A DNA stretch of 64,000 nucleotides from NCBI GenBank assembly GCA_963674755.2, contig CAXXVS010000002.1, positions 1,312,001 through 1,376,000 of the forward strand, written 5' to 3'. The notes under the pieces are model-generated. The model was not told where the DNA came from and did no database searches. It worked only from the letters and a program-made list of their open reading frames with translations. Shown in pieces: positions 41,118-52,938 of the stretch; position 1 is the first letter of the stretch, and every line of letters begins with the position of its first letter. Position numbers and translations under genes: made by a program. Source of the stretch: Desulfobacterales bacterium. GTDB taxonomy: Bacteria; Desulfobacterota; Desulfobacteria; Desulfobacterales; UBA5852.

Positions 41118-43499
41118 TCAAGGCTGCAAAACGAGTTCGGACCGGGCATGGGCGGCAATGGCCGCCCGGCTGAACCACCAGTAGGTCGTCCCGCCGTCCA
41201 GAAAAGGCGCCATCTGATCCTTGGCATGGGGATGAAACACCCTGCCGCTGACCCCGCCGGGTATCACGGCCAGCACCTTTTCGGCATCGCTCAAATCGGC
41301 CACCATGCGCAGGCTGGCGGATAACGTGACCGCAAAGGGTTGCTTGAACTCATACCCGCCGCGGCGCAATGTTTCGCCGGATCCGGATACGGGGTGTTCG
41401 CCGCCCCCCAGCAGGCTTTGGCCGAACCCCTCGCGCCGGATAGGGCTGACAAAGGTGATGGTATGCACCCGCCCCCATTGCCAGCGGTCTGGATCGTCTC
41501 CCAGACGGCTTGTGAGATCCGGCTGCACCTCCTGGGCGGCCCTGTAAAGCATAGCTTGCCACGTTTCCCGGACCCCGGCGGTGTTGATATCGTCAAACCA
41601 GGGCGATTGTCCGGCGATCACCATGGCCTGAAAGCGCTCCTGCCAGAAATACCACACGGAGAGCATACGGCGGGCCAGTGTTTCTCCCAATTCATCGGCA
41701 AATACATTGTAGGCCCAGCGGTCGTAAAGGGCATGGAAAACCGTCGGTGCCACCTGATCGGCGTCGTCTTCGCAGTCCCAGGCGGTCAGAAGTTCTCCCA
41801 TCGCCCGGGTATCGGCATGGGCCTTCAGCACCGGCCCCATGATCGGCACCATGATTTCCGCCATGACATTGCGGGTATCGCGTTGGAAGCGGTAGTGATC
41901 CGCCGCCGTAATGGCCGCATGTCCGCTCATCAGCTCTTTTAGCCGGCGGTAGCGGTAGGAAGAGGCGAAATAGGAGGAATAGTAATAAGGGTAATCCGCG
42001 CGCACCGTCTTGTGGTTGCAGGTGCCCAGCCAGCCTTCCACCGGGTTTTCGGCCTGGGGCATGGCCTCGAAGGGAATCCAGCCGTTCCAGTTGTCCCGGT
42101 CGTCACGCACCACGTACGGGACGGTGCCTCCGCCGCCGGTCCGATTGGGCAGGACACCGGAAACCTGCCAGCCGATATTGCCCTCGCGGTCGGCAAAAAC
42201 AAAGTTGAGCTGAATGGTGCTCCAGTCCCGCAAGGCCTCCCGGAAGGTATGGGCCGATGGGGCCCGCATGATGCGGGTGAAGTCACTGTCGGGCCGCATG
42301 GATTCCGCCGCAGCCCAGCGCAGGGACAGCACCTTGCCTGTTTCCAGTTGGGGGAAGACATCCGAAATGACCGGGCCGCGCCGGGTAAGTCTGATGAGCA
42401 GCTTTTCCTGGCGGAAACCCTCCGGGGCTGCGTCGTCTTTATAGCGCAGGGTCTCTTCGATCACTTCGAAAGGGATGGATCGGCCGCCCTCCAGATAGTG
42501 CCCGGCCTTGGAGGGATCGGGGGTTTCCACGTAAAGATCCTGGACGTCCCCGTAGGCATTGGTGATGCCGGCCGCCAGATGGTCACTGCGGAAGACCGGC
42601 ATGGCCGGCAGCCCCGGGATGTGGGCACCAACGATGGTGAGTTGGGGGGTTATCAGGCCGCAGGGATACCAGGGTCCGGGCAAAATCCTGGCATCCAGGT
42701 GGGGGTCATTCGCCAGAATAGGCTTGCCGCCCGGCGACTTGGCCGGCCCGCAAACCCAATTGTTGCTGCCCACCCCAAGGGGTCCGTCTTCCAGGTATCC
42801 CGCAATGGTCCGATCTCCAAGCAGATCGATGCCTGGGGGACCCAAACCTGTCATGGAATGCGCCGGACGATCTTCATCCGGGTTGACATTCAGCGGCAGC
42901 AGGGCTTCGGCGCGGGCGGGCCCCAGCCGCTCGACGAGCATCTGGGTGATGATCTCGGTCTTGATGTTAGCCGATGTGCTCCAGCTCATATAATACATGA
43001 CAGACAGCGCATCGACCATGGTCCAAGGGGCGGGTTGCATTCCAGCCAGGCGGAATTCCAGCGGATGATCGTCGGCCGGCCCTTCGATGAAAGCGTTCAC
43101 CCCGGCGATATAGTGCCGGAAGAGCACCGTGGCATCATCCTGCAGCAGGCGGGCATGGCGCTCGGCAAGCCGTCGGATGCCGATGGTGCGCACGCGCCGG
43201 TCCAACGGCAGTCCTTTCGCGCCCACCAGCTCGGCAATGCGGCCGCTGGCCACCAGACGGGTCAGCTCCATTTGAAAAAGGCGGTCCTGGGCCGTGACAA
43301 ATCCCATGGCCTCAAAAGCATCCGGCCAATTGGCGGCAAAAATATAAGGCATGCCCTTCTCGTCGCGCACGACTTTGACGGGCGCCTGCAAGCCCGTCAG
43401 GGACAGCCGGCCGGAATCCTGGTAGCTGTTCCAACTGGCGCAGGCCATCAGGGAGGCCGCCATGGCAATCAATACCAGTTCACGCAAGGGTCTGTACAT
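41118..43499 (-). CDS. penicillin/AHL acylase family Ntn hydrolase, probable lipoprotein
   Basis: LMAC lipobox; RDEKGMPYI, AQDRLFQM, GSNNW nucleophile, ANDPHL, QLNFVFAD, WQWGRVH, SLRMVAD. Confidence 0.93.
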   Translation of the reverse strand: MYRPLRELVLIAMAASLMACASWNSYQDSGRLSLTGLQAPVKVVRDEKGMPYIFAANWPDAFEAMGFVTAQDRLFQMELTRLVASGRIAELVGAKGLPLDRRVRTIGIRRLAERHARLLQDDATVLFRHYIAGVNAFIEGPADDHPLEFRLAGMQPAPWTMVDALSVMYYMSWSTSANIKTEIITQMLVERLGPARAEALLPLNVNPDEDRPAHSMTGLGPPGIDLLGDRTIAGYLEDGPLGVGSNNWVCGPAKSPGGKPILANDPHLDARILPGPWYPCGLITPQLTIVGAHIPGLPAMPVFRSDHLAAGITNAYGDVQDLYVETPDPSKAGHYLEGGRSIPFEVIEETLRYKDDAAPEGFRQEKLLIRLTRRGPVISDVFPQLETGKVLSLRWAAAESMRPDSDFTRIMRAPSAHTFREALRDWSTIQLNFVFADREGNIGWQVSGVLPNRTGGGGTVPYVVRDDRDNWNGWIPFEAMPQAENPVEGWLGTCNHKTVRADYPYYYSSYFASSYRYRRLKELMSGHAAITAADHYRFQRDTRNVMAEIMVPIMGPVLKAHADTRAMGELLTAWDCEDDADQVAPTVFHALYDRWAYNVFADELGETLARRMLSVWYFWQERFQAMVIAGQSPWFDDINTAGVRETWQAMLYRAAQEVQPDLTSRLGDDPDRWQWGRVHTITFVSPIRREGFGQSLLGGGEHPVSGSGETLRRGGYEFKQPFAVTLSASLRMVADLSDAEKVLAVIPGGVSGRVFHPHAKDQMAPFLDGGTTYWWFSRAAIAAHARSELVLQP

Positions 43500-43560
43500 G
43501 TGAAATTCTCTCCTGATCGGGTGATGCCTTTGAGAAATGGAGAGCGTAGCGCGCTTCGGA

Positions 43561-43989
43561 TTAGCCCTCATCCTGCTCGTGTGAACCGGATGCCCGGTCG
43601 TCATGGTGTTCGTCAGGGGGCGCCGCTTGCTTGAAATAGCGATTGGTTTCCGGAAGGAGGAGATAAATAAAAGCGGCCGTAAATAAGGCCACGTTGGCGG
43701 CTGACAGAACCATGGCGACGGTGTTGCGGCCGGCAAACAAAACAGTGAAAAAACCGCCGTAAAAGACAACGAAAACGCTCGCCAACATCGCGATCACGCG
43801 GGCCCAGCGTTTGCTTTGGTAAAGATAGTAGCAAACAATTCCGCCGGCGATGGCAAACTTGAAAAAGGCGTTGGGGTCATAGAAGAGATAGGTCGCCAAT
43901 AGAAAACATCCCCAGCCTGCGAAGGTCAGAAGGACCGCCCGTTGGACCGGGCGGGGCATTTGGTCAAGCTCCGGAAGGGGGATCAGCAT
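43561..43989 (-). CDS. four-TM hypothetical membrane protein
   Basis: Four hydrophobic segments, KRWARV, LLLPETNRYF; AAGGAG RBS. Confidence 0.75.
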   Translation of the reverse strand: MLIPLPELDQMPRPVQRAVLLTFAGWGCFLLATYLFYDPNAFFKFAIAGGIVCYYLYQSKRWARVIAMLASVFVVFYGGFFTVLFAGRNTVAMVLSAANVALFTAAFIYLLLPETNRYFKQAAPPDEHHDDRASGSHEQDEG

Positions 43990-44118
43990 CGGGGGGGCTC
44001 CTTTCGGATCGGGAAACAGCGCGGCGGTTCGCGGAATTGGAAGGCCGCAGGACAACGGGCCGATGATCAGGCGGCACTATACACGTTCTGATCCGCCGCC
44101 GCCAGATGAAATTCCGCT

Positions 44119-44967
44119 TTAATTCACCTGTAGATAACGCCGTGCGCCGGCGTAGCGGTCCTGGAAATACCGGCTGGAAAGCGACGCGGTGCGGATAGTC
44201 TTGCCCTCTCCCGGGGCATGGATGAACCGCCCCCGGCCGCTGTAGATGCCCACATGGGTCACACGGTCGCGCTTTCCGGTGGCGAAAAAGACCAAATCCC
44301 CTTTTTCAAGCGCCTCCCGCGGCACAGGCTGCCCGGTCCGGAACTGGGATCGGGAATTGCGCGGCAGTTCCAGGCCGTTCAAACGATAGACGGTCATGGT
44401 GAGCCCGCTGCAATCGAACCCCTGCCGGGCTGACGCCCCGCCCCAGCGGTAGGGCGTGCCGATAAACCGCCGGGCCGTTTGAACAAGGCTTTCCTGCAGG
44501 CGCTCCCGTTCGTCGGACTGCCGCCCGCGGGGATAGGGTTGAACCACGTAAAAGTCTTCGATCAGACCCCTTTGCTGGAGGGCCAGAGCGCGCCGGCGGG
44601 CCTGGGCCTTGGTCTCAAAGCGATCGAAGCGTACTTTGCAAAGACCGTCGGTGTCGATGAAATAGTAGGTATCCAGCCCGTAGGCGGCTAACCGATCGGC
44701 ATAGTCGGAGGCCCGCTCGACCGTGGAAAAGGCGCCTACCTGGATGGTAAAGGCAATCACCGGCAGGGCGGCGGCCTCCTCGGGCGTCCGTTCCACCACC
44801 GGGGGGATACGTACCTCTTCCGGCATGTGGAGCGCACTGCGGCAGCCGGCCAGCATCACCAAAAGAATGACCCACCCCATGCATCCAAGGGCGCGAACCG
44901 TTGTTTCACTAGCGGGATACCGCATCAGCTGCCTCGTCCTATCGCCCGCCCGCAAGAGTGGCATCAT
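44119..44967 (-). CDS. SPOR + NlpC/P60 peptidoglycan endopeptidase lipoprotein
   Basis: LAGC lipobox; FTIQVGAFS (SPOR); GTPYRWGG, GFDCSG, GDLVFF, HVGIY, FIHAP; start uncertain. Confidence 0.92.
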   Translation of the reverse strand: MMPLLRAGDRTRQLMRYPASETTVRALGCMGWVILLVMLAGCRSALHMPEEVRIPPVVERTPEEAAALPVIAFTIQVGAFSTVERASDYADRLAAYGLDTYYFIDTDGLCKVRFDRFETKAQARRRALALQQRGLIEDFYVVQPYPRGRQSDERERLQESLVQTARRFIGTPYRWGGASARQGFDCSGLTMTVYRLNGLELPRNSRSQFRTGQPVPREALEKGDLVFFATGKRDRVTHVGIYSGRGRFIHAPGEGKTIRTASLSSRYFQDRYAGARRYLQVN

Positions 44968-45259
44968 TCGGTTCCATCGACGGTGCCCCTCCCCTGTCCT
45001 CCGTCAACTGCCGGGCCGCAAGCATCAGGTCGTGGGCGTCCAGGGAAGCGAGGGGAACAGGCCGGCGCAGAAAAAAATGATACGGCAAAAATTTATGCAT
45101 GGTTGCCAGGAAGTGAGCCTGGCAGGTGAAATCTTCCTTGGCATAGGTCGTTACGGCCCGAAAGGTTTGCTTTGAAAACAGGAAGCAGATGTAGCGCGCT
45201 TCATCCTCCAGACAGCCGAAAAATCCTTTTTGGTAGGCTTTGTAGCCGATAAGCTGCAT
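44939..45259 (-). CDS. hypothetical protein
   Basis: AAGGA RBS upstream; fills gap in a minus-strand run; no recognised motif. Confidence 0.55.
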   Translation of the reverse strand: MQLIGYKAYQKGFFGCLEDEARYICFLFSKQTFRAVTTYAKEDFTCQAHFLATMHKFLPYHFFLRRPVPLASLDAHDLMLAARQLTEDRGGAPSMEPNDATLAGGR

Positions 45260-45309
45260 CCTGCATTCCTTTGAAAGACCTGCGGGGGGTCGAACGGGCC
45301 CGTGGCCCC

Positions 45310-45540
45310 CTATTGGGCCTCATCCAACTGATCGAGGCGCTGGGACTGCTGGGTCTGGATATGTTCCAGGTCCTCTTTCATTTCCTTCATACGATCCACT
45401 TGTTTTTTGCCTGCCAGCTCTTCGACCGTGTCGTCCACCTGATTCCGGGTTTCCGTTCCCTCACATCCGGATACCACCAGGAGGCAGGACAGCGTCATGG
45501 CAATGACTAAAAGCCGAATCACCCCGCAGCATCGTTTCAT
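45310..45540 (-). CDS. small lipoprotein
   Basis: Signal peptide with VSGC lipobox; coiled-coil tail; AAGGAGG RBS. Confidence 0.8.
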   Translation of the reverse strand: MKRCCGVIRLLVIAMTLSCLLVVSGCEGTETRNQVDDTVEELAGKKQVDRMKEMKEDLEHIQTQQSQRLDQLDEAQ

Positions 45541-45611
45541 GTTTCCTCCTTGACCGGCCGGACGGTTGCGGGATGGTTTCCCTTAGCCGTCACAAGGTTG
45601 TGATCCAGGCC

Positions 45612-45830
45612 TCATTCGGGATGAGGCCAGACGTCTTCGCGTGTTTCCGCCCAATAGCAGAAGCGATCCCATTCGAATTCACGTTGGGAAAAGGGACAAC
45701 GCAGTTTGACCTTGCGCGCGGCCACCGCGACGACTTCCCAGTCCCCGTGTCGGGGACCGTCTTCAATATAGATTTTCTGCCCCACTTCAAGGGGGTATGA
45801 ACGAAAGACAACGACTTGCGCCTTGTCCAT
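45612..45830 (-). CDS. small hypothetical beta-rich protein
   Basis: FRSYPLEVGQKIYIEDGPRHGDWEV...LRCP...FEWDRFCY; GAAGGT RBS. Confidence 0.7.
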   Translation of the reverse strand: MDKAQVVVFRSYPLEVGQKIYIEDGPRHGDWEVVAVAARKVKLRCPFSQREFEWDRFCYWAETREDVWPHPE

Positions 45831-46253
45831 TGGACACCTTCCAATCCGTTCGGCCCGCTTTTCGAACACGGGCATGATTCTTTTCCGGGCGGTGGTCGCA
45901 GCCATCGACTGCTCTGCCGGAAAAAAAGGCTGACAATCCACGCACCTTCCAAACCCAATATCAGTCTGCCATTTTTCGCCTCTCCTTGCAACGGGGCCGG
46001 TCGTCCTGTCGTCGGAGCGTGCTTATACCGCATACGGACAAGGCCTGCACCGTATACCAAATGGAAAATCGACGCAGGCAAGGCCCTACACTGTTCCGTG
46101 AGTTAATTAACGAACGTTTTCAGTGGGTTATCACGCATAGAAGACATTCGCCGTCTGGGGTGAAGCTATTCTCCTACAACGCTTCCCTGGGTCTGGTGGA
46201 CTGATTGTTTCGGCATCCCCCATGCCGTGGGCATTTAGCGCAACCCGGCAGGT

Positions 46254-46268
46254 TGGCATACCCTTTGT
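46254..46268 (+). promoter_or_regulatory. possible sigma54 promoter
   Basis: TGGCAT-ACCCT-TTGT versus consensus TGGCAC-N5-TTGC. Confidence 0.35.
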
Positions 46269-46434
46269 ATCGTTTCCCTGCGGAAGATTGATCACAGCCC
46301 CAATTCCTCCCGTCCGTCTGCTGTCACCCAGCATGGCGACCTATCGGCGGGCCGGACAAGGCCACCCGGCGCCGCCGGCCCACTGGGAGGACCGAGGCCG
46401 TTTGAAAAGACGGGTACAACCATCAGGAGGGACG

Positions 46435-46647
46435 ATGGCAACCGCTAGCGCAACGCATGACAGTATTCGCATGATTGTCTGGATGGGATTGCTGATGAGC
46501 CTACTGAACGCCGGGAATCTCTCCCTGGCCGTTCACCGCTTAAGCCTGCCGGCGCTTCTGGTTCTCTTGGCCGTTGTGCTCCTGTCGGCCGTCCGCCGTC
46601 GTCTGATCACGAAAGTCAGCGAGTTGATGACGTTTCCGGTTTTCTGA
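46435..46647 (+). CDS. small two-TM hypothetical membrane protein
   Basis: AGGAGG RBS 4 nt upstream; two hydrophobic segments followed by RRR. Confidence 0.55.
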   Translation: MATASATHDSIRMIVWMGLLMSLLNAGNLSLAVHRLSLPALLVLLAVVLLSAVRRRLITKVSELMTFPVF

Positions 46648-46738
46648 CACCGCGGCCTTCACGGCTTTTCGAAAACCGTCCCGGCCGCACCGCTGTCAGC
46701 GTCGGGCGGCCTTACAGGTAGGGCGGGCGACCACCGTT

Positions 46739-47992
<1,254 letters not shown>

Positions 47993-48006
47993 TTAGGTCC
48001 GGCCTG

Positions 48007-49527
48007 TTAACGGTGGTTCGCGGACGAATCCCAGCGCGGTATGGCCCAACAAAACAGGAGACAAAGTACCGCCGCCCCCAACACCGTCCAGAACACCGCA
48101 CTAACCCCCTGCTGGACCGTCTCCTGGATCCCGACCCGCAACGCTTCCGGCAGGAGGGCCAGCACCTCGGGCTGCAGCAGCCCCGCCATCTGATCCGGCC
48201 CCATGTCCTTAAGCTGCGGCGGCAGTTTGGCCAGTAGTCCGCCGTCCTGAATGGCCTGGGTCAGCGCACTGAAACGGGCGGCAATGAAACTGCCGCCGAT
48301 GCCGACCCCCACCGTTCCCCCCAAGGTGCGGGCAAACTGATTGGATGAGGTCGCGACGCCCAAATCGTGGATCGGTACGGCGGCCTGCACCACCAGCAAG
48401 GTCGCCAGGGCCACGAAACCCATTCCGATGCCGACAACGAAAAAACTGACAAAACAATACCAGCCGGCGGTTTGCGCGGAAAAGGTCAGGGTCAGGGCGC
48501 ACCCGGCCACGAGGCATACAGCCCCCGCCAGGGCGGCCGACCGGTGGCCCGTACGATCGATGACCCGTCCCAGCGCCAGGGATCCCACGGACCATCCCAG
48601 ACTGAGCGAGAGCATGGCCACACCCACCTGCAGGGGGGTTTTGCCCTGGACGCCCTGAATGAATAAGGGCGCATAGGCGAACATGGAAAAAATAGCGAAA
48701 CTGCTAAAAAATACGGCGGCATTGCCGGCACTGAAGCCGCGCTTGCGGAAATGCTGGATGGGCAGAATCGGATCCCGGGCGCGGCTTTCCACCCGGATGA
48801 AAAGCGCGGAACCGACGGCAAAGAGGGCCAGCAGACCCAGGATGCGCGGGGATGACCAGGCATAGGTCCGGCCGCCCAGGAGAAACGCGAACAGAAAAGC
48901 CAGGATGGCCGTCGTGAGCGTCGCCACCCCCAACAGGTCCAGGGAAACGGTCTCCTTGCGCGGTCGCAGATCCACCAGATAGGTGCCGATCCCCCACAGG
49001 GAAACCGCCCCCAGAGGAACGTTGATAAAGAAAATCCAGCGCCATGAAAAATAGGTGACGATGAAGCCGCCCAAGGTGGGCCCCAGGACGCTGGCAATGC
49101 CCCATATGGAACTGGCCAGTGAAAGGGTGCGACCCCGGGTTTCCGGAGTGGAGACATCCGCCAGCACGATGTAGACCAGGGCAAAGATTCCCCCGGCACC
49201 GACACCCTGGATAATCCGGGCGCCGATCAGGGTCACCATGTTCACGGCGCATCCGGCGGCCGCCGAGGAGAGGCAGAACAGCACGATGGCAATGACGAAA
49301 AGATGCCGGTTGCGGAAAAGATCGGCCAACTTGCCAAAAATCGGCAACGATACCGCCCGGGCCAGGAAATAGGCTGAATAGACCCAGCTGTAAAGCGGCA
49401 TCCCGCCCAAATCAGCCACGATGGTGGGCATGGCGGCCGACATGACCAGGGCGTCCAGTGCGCCTAAAAAAAGGGCCAGAAGAGCGGCCCCGATCACGGT
49501 GATGCGTTGGCCCGGCGATATCGGCAT
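48007..49527 (-). CDS. 14-TM MFS drug:H+ antiporter (EmrB/QacA-like)
   Basis: FLGALD, AMPTIVADLG, GKLADLF, LGPTLGG, WRWIFFINVP, ARTLGGTVG. Confidence 0.93.
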   Translation of the reverse strand: MPISPGQRITVIGAALLALFLGALDALVMSAAMPTIVADLGGMPLYSWVYSAYFLARAVSLPIFGKLADLFRNRHLFVIAIVLFCLSSAAAGCAVNMVTLIGARIIQGVGAGGIFALVYIVLADVSTPETRGRTLSLASSIWGIASVLGPTLGGFIVTYFSWRWIFFINVPLGAVSLWGIGTYLVDLRPRKETVSLDLLGVATLTTAILAFLFAFLLGGRTYAWSSPRILGLLALFAVGSALFIRVESRARDPILPIQHFRKRGFSAGNAAVFFSSFAIFSMFAYAPLFIQGVQGKTPLQVGVAMLSLSLGWSVGSLALGRVIDRTGHRSAALAGAVCLVAGCALTLTFSAQTAGWYCFVSFFVVGIGMGFVALATLLVVQAAVPIHDLGVATSSNQFARTLGGTVGVGIGGSFIAARFSALTQAIQDGGLLAKLPPQLKDMGPDQMAGLLQPEVLALLPEALRVGIQETVQQGVSAVFWTVLGAAVLCLLFCWAIPRWDSSANHR

Positions 49528-49769
49528 AAAGAATCCTTATTGGGGAGCAAAAGAGCCCTCATGGGCGTCGCAATGCCGTAACAGACGACATTTCCCCGGC
49601 ATTACGGCGTGAACTTCTACCAGAAGTCGCATCGATTGCCAAATCCCGGCCACCACATGCCAAACGACGATCATGCCGCCCCTTTTCCTCGTGCCTGCAG
49701 AATGCTATGCTGACAATTACGCACCCTTTTGTGAAGGGGTATTATTGGCATCCACAGGAATCCGCACGC

Positions 49770-51053
49770 ATGTCGCTGATGAATTTTTTTTCCGGCCCGA
49801 CCCCGGAAAAACTCGAAAGCCGGGGCGACACCCTTTGTGCTTCCGGCCATTGGGGTCCGGCCAGACAGTGCTATGAACGCGCTCTCGCTAAACTTGAGAA
49901 ATCGACCCGTCCGAATCCTCACCACTGCCGCCGGCTGCACCAAAAAATCCGGCAGGCCCGCGAAGATCTGGCCCGGGAGCATCGGCGGACGGCCATGGCC
50001 TATCTCGAGGGCGGCCATTCTAAGGAGGCCCGCGAAGCCCTGCTGCTGGCAATGGACATCAGCGAGGATGTCAGCTTCCGGGAGGCCGTAGCCCAACAGA
50101 TTTCGGCCATGGACGGTCCGCCGGCATCCGTGCGGGAGGCTCCTTCTGTTGAACTGCCGGAACCCGCCGCCGCTGTCGATGGGAATGACCCGGAACATGA
50201 TGACCCGGACCACCCGGCCCCGTCACCGGAGGAATATTTCCAGGCTCTCTGCCATACGTTGCCGGAGGATGTGGCCCGTGCTTACCGACACTACGGCCTC
50301 GAATTCAGGGACGGCTACATCGCACTGAACAAGGGCGATTTCGCGACCGCTGCCGGCCATCTGGAAGAAGCCATGGACGTCCACCCGGAACCGGGCAGCT
50401 ATATTCCCTTGGAACTTGCGACGGCCTACTTAAACCTGGGCTGCCTGGAGAAGGCTCACAGCCTGCTGGAACAGGTCCGCCGTCATCATCCCGAAGCCTT
50501 GCCGGCCTATCAGCTTTTGTGCGAAATCTACTGGGATCAGGGCGAATCCGCCAAAGCGGAAGCGCTTTTAGCATCGCTTCCGCCTCACCTGGCAGAATCG
50601 CGGGCCGTCATGCAGCTGAAGGGCGAAACCCTCTACCGCACCGGTCGCCACGCCGAGGCCCGGGATTTCTGTCGCGGCATCCTGGACGCCTACGGCTGGC
50701 ATGAGGGCACGGTCCAGCAACTTGCAAAGGCCCACGAGGCGCTCAACGAGCTGTCGGATGCACGCCGCCTCTACGGCGACCTCATGACACGCTGTCGAAG
50801 TTGCGGCTCAAGGGCGCCCCTTCCAATCACCCACAAGTATGCCGAACTCTCTTTTGCTGAAGGAGACCGGGAAACCGACCTTCTCGAAATCTATCTGGAC
50901 CTGGCACGCCAAAATCCGGCGGAGGCCGCCCTCTATTTCGAACGCATCAGCCGGATCTATTTTGACCGGGGCGATACGGCCGAAGGGGAGCGTTTCCGCG
51001 CATTCGCCCGGCGGGCCCGGAATGAAACCACTTTCCCTGACCCTGAAGGATAA
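49770..51053 (+). CDS. TPR-repeat protein with CxxC
   Basis: Repeated helical TPR-like units (LELATAYLNLG...A, LCEIYWDQG...A); CRSCG. Confidence 0.8.
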   Translation: MSLMNFFSGPTPEKLESRGDTLCASGHWGPARQCYERALAKLEKSTRPNPHHCRRLHQKIRQAREDLAREHRRTAMAYLEGGHSKEAREALLLAMDISEDVSFREAVAQQISAMDGPPASVREAPSVELPEPAAAVDGNDPEHDDPDHPAPSPEEYFQALCHTLPEDVARAYRHYGLEFRDGYIALNKGDFATAAGHLEEAMDVHPEPGSYIPLELATAYLNLGCLEKAHSLLEQVRRHHPEALPAYQLLCEIYWDQGESAKAEALLASLPPHLAESRAVMQLKGETLYRTGRHAEARDFCRGILDAYGWHEGTVQQLAKAHEALNELSDARRLYGDLMTRCRSCGSRAPLPITHKYAELSFAEGDRETDLLEIYLDLARQNPAEAALYFERISRIYFDRGDTAEGERFRAFARRARNETTFPDPEG

Positions 51054-51056
51054 TGC

Positions 51057-51719
51057 ATGGCGATGTCCGCACAAGGCCTCATTCAGCGCTGGAAAAAACA
51101 GATCCTCATCGTTGTACTCCTGGTGGCCGCAATCATTGCCGCCAGCTATTACGTCTACGGGTTGCTTGACACCGGAAAACTCAGTCCGATCGCCCTTCTG
51201 GTCATGGCGGCCGCCATATCGATCGGCCTTCCCATGCTGCGATCGAATTTCTTTCCCAGTCGGCGGGATTGCGAAACTGAATACGCGTTCCATGAACAGC
51301 GTCTGGAAAAAGAAATCACCCAGGCCATCAGCGACGGCATCGGCCAGGAGGCCTTGAACCAAATTTTTGCGGCGCCGGGTCAATACCGCGATGCCGCCGA
51401 AGAGGCCATCGGCCGCATGCTGGTCCGCGATGATACCGGCCGCCATCCCGAAGTCCATTTTGCCCTTCTAATGGCGCTATCCCGTTATCATGAAAAGAGC
51501 GGGGATCCCTCATCCGGCATTCCCGTGCTCCGCAAGGCCCTGGAGATCAAGCCGCAGCATTTCGTTGCCCGCATGCATCTGGCCGGCAACTACGAATGGC
51601 TCGGCAGGGCGGAAGAAGCCCGCCGGCAATACGAAACGCTTTTGGAAAACCCTCAGAATCTCTCGGCGGCCATGAAAAAGATCGTGGCGGCCAAGATCAA
51701 AACTCTCCTGAACAATTAA
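51057..51719 (+). CDS. membrane-anchored TPR protein
   Basis: Two N-terminal TM segments; C-terminal LRKALEIKPQHFVARMHLAGNYEWLGRAEEA TPR. Confidence 0.8.
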   Translation: MAMSAQGLIQRWKKQILIVVLLVAAIIAASYYVYGLLDTGKLSPIALLVMAAAISIGLPMLRSNFFPSRRDCETEYAFHEQRLEKEITQAISDGIGQEALNQIFAAPGQYRDAAEEAIGRMLVRDDTGRHPEVHFALLMALSRYHEKSGDPSSGIPVLRKALEIKPQHFVARMHLAGNYEWLGRAEEARRQYETLLENPQNLSAAMKKIVAAKIKTLLNN

Positions 51720-51873
51720 TGCCAATCCCCTCCGGCGGGGAAACGGGCGAGTCCTCTTCCATCCGGTTGCCGGGCCGCCTGATCACGTATCGCTCATCAA
51801 CCTTAGCGGGCAACACATTCCATGCGAACATGGCAATCATACTATAGCAGCCCCCCCAAGAGGACGACACGCG

Positions 51874-52104
51874 ATGCACCACATTTGCCGGCTCGCTAAG
51901 ATTCCCCGATGGATACGGCGCCTGCTCGGCGCCATCCTGAGCATCTTCGGTGTTCTTCTTTTTTTAACACCGATACCGGGCGGTATCGTGCTCAGTGCCT
52001 TCGGCGGCATGCTGGTTATCGAGGATTTGAAAGAAGGCGCCAACGAAGCGATGGAGCCAAAAGACTTTTTTGAGATAGGTTCTAGTCAGGAAGCGATGCC
52101 CTAA
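51874..52104 (+). CDS. small membrane hypothetical protein
   Basis: RRLLGAILSIFGVLLFLTPIPGG hairpin (PGPGW-like); GAGGA RBS. Confidence 0.5.
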   Translation: MHHICRLAKIPRWIRRLLGAILSIFGVLLFLTPIPGGIVLSAFGGMLVIEDLKEGANEAMEPKDFFEIGSSQEAMP

Positions 52105-52586
52105 GCCGCAAAAAGATAAAAACCGATCACTTTGGTATTGGGGTCGGCCGGATCGGTGGGTGCGAATTCGGCCCCCAGGTCGGCACCATCGACCCTGCGG
52201 ACTACGGTTTCCTGGCGAACGTGGGACCGCTTGCGGTCATCCAGCTTGAATTCCACGATGATCCGGTCCCCGATGCGAACCGTATTGTCGTTGGCGAGCC
52301 GCATTTTAACACCGGACCGGGATAGATCCAGAATCGCCACGGCTCCCCTTCCCAAATGGCGTCCGCCCGGCGCCTGACGATACTGCCCTTGCAGGCGCAC
52401 CGTCTTGCGAAAATAGCGGCGCCGCTCCAACTGGGCTGTATAGGCGTGCCCGCAGGGGCATTTGACCCGGATGCGGACAACACGGGACATGGTCATATAG
52501 GGTGATGCATCGATCGTACGGCTACGTTCGCATGCCGGGCAGGCCAAAGTGGCCTTGTTGTCTTGGGTAATAAAGAGTTTATCCAT
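52101..52586 (-). CDS. zinc-ribbon + PilZ domain c-di-GMP receptor
   Basis: CPAC...CPCG, then RRYFR (RxxxR) and DLSRSG (DxSxxG); GAGGTG RBS. Confidence 0.9.
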   Translation of the reverse strand: MDKLFITQDNKATLACPACERSRTIDASPYMTMSRVVRIRVKCPCGHAYTAQLERRRYFRKTVRLQGQYRQAPGGRHLGRGAVAILDLSRSGVKMRLANDNTVRIGDRIIVEFKLDDRKRSHVRQETVVRRVDGADLGAEFAPTDPADPNTKVIGFYLFAA

Positions 52587-52938
52587 GATACCACCTCTGT
52601 GCACTGACATCCTTTTTTCTTCGGCCGCTGGGGCCGGGTGATGCGGAATACGCCCAATGCCGGCGTGCGCCCTACAAGATGGGGACGGCCTCACTCTGGT
52701 GGCGCTATTTCCCGCGAACTGCTGTTAAATGCTGTTATCGCCTATTCCGCCATAGACTTGAGCCCCGCCGCCCCTTTGTAAAGAGGCCCCGCCTAAAAAA
52801 TAGAGCACAGCCCCTCGGGAGGACGTCTATCCGATTGCATGGCATACAATGCTGGTATTTGCGGGAAAGCGAGGCGTGTCGCAGGGTGCGCGGGGTGAGC
52901 ATTACGGGAGCTTGACGGGTGGGAGGAGGCTATACGCC

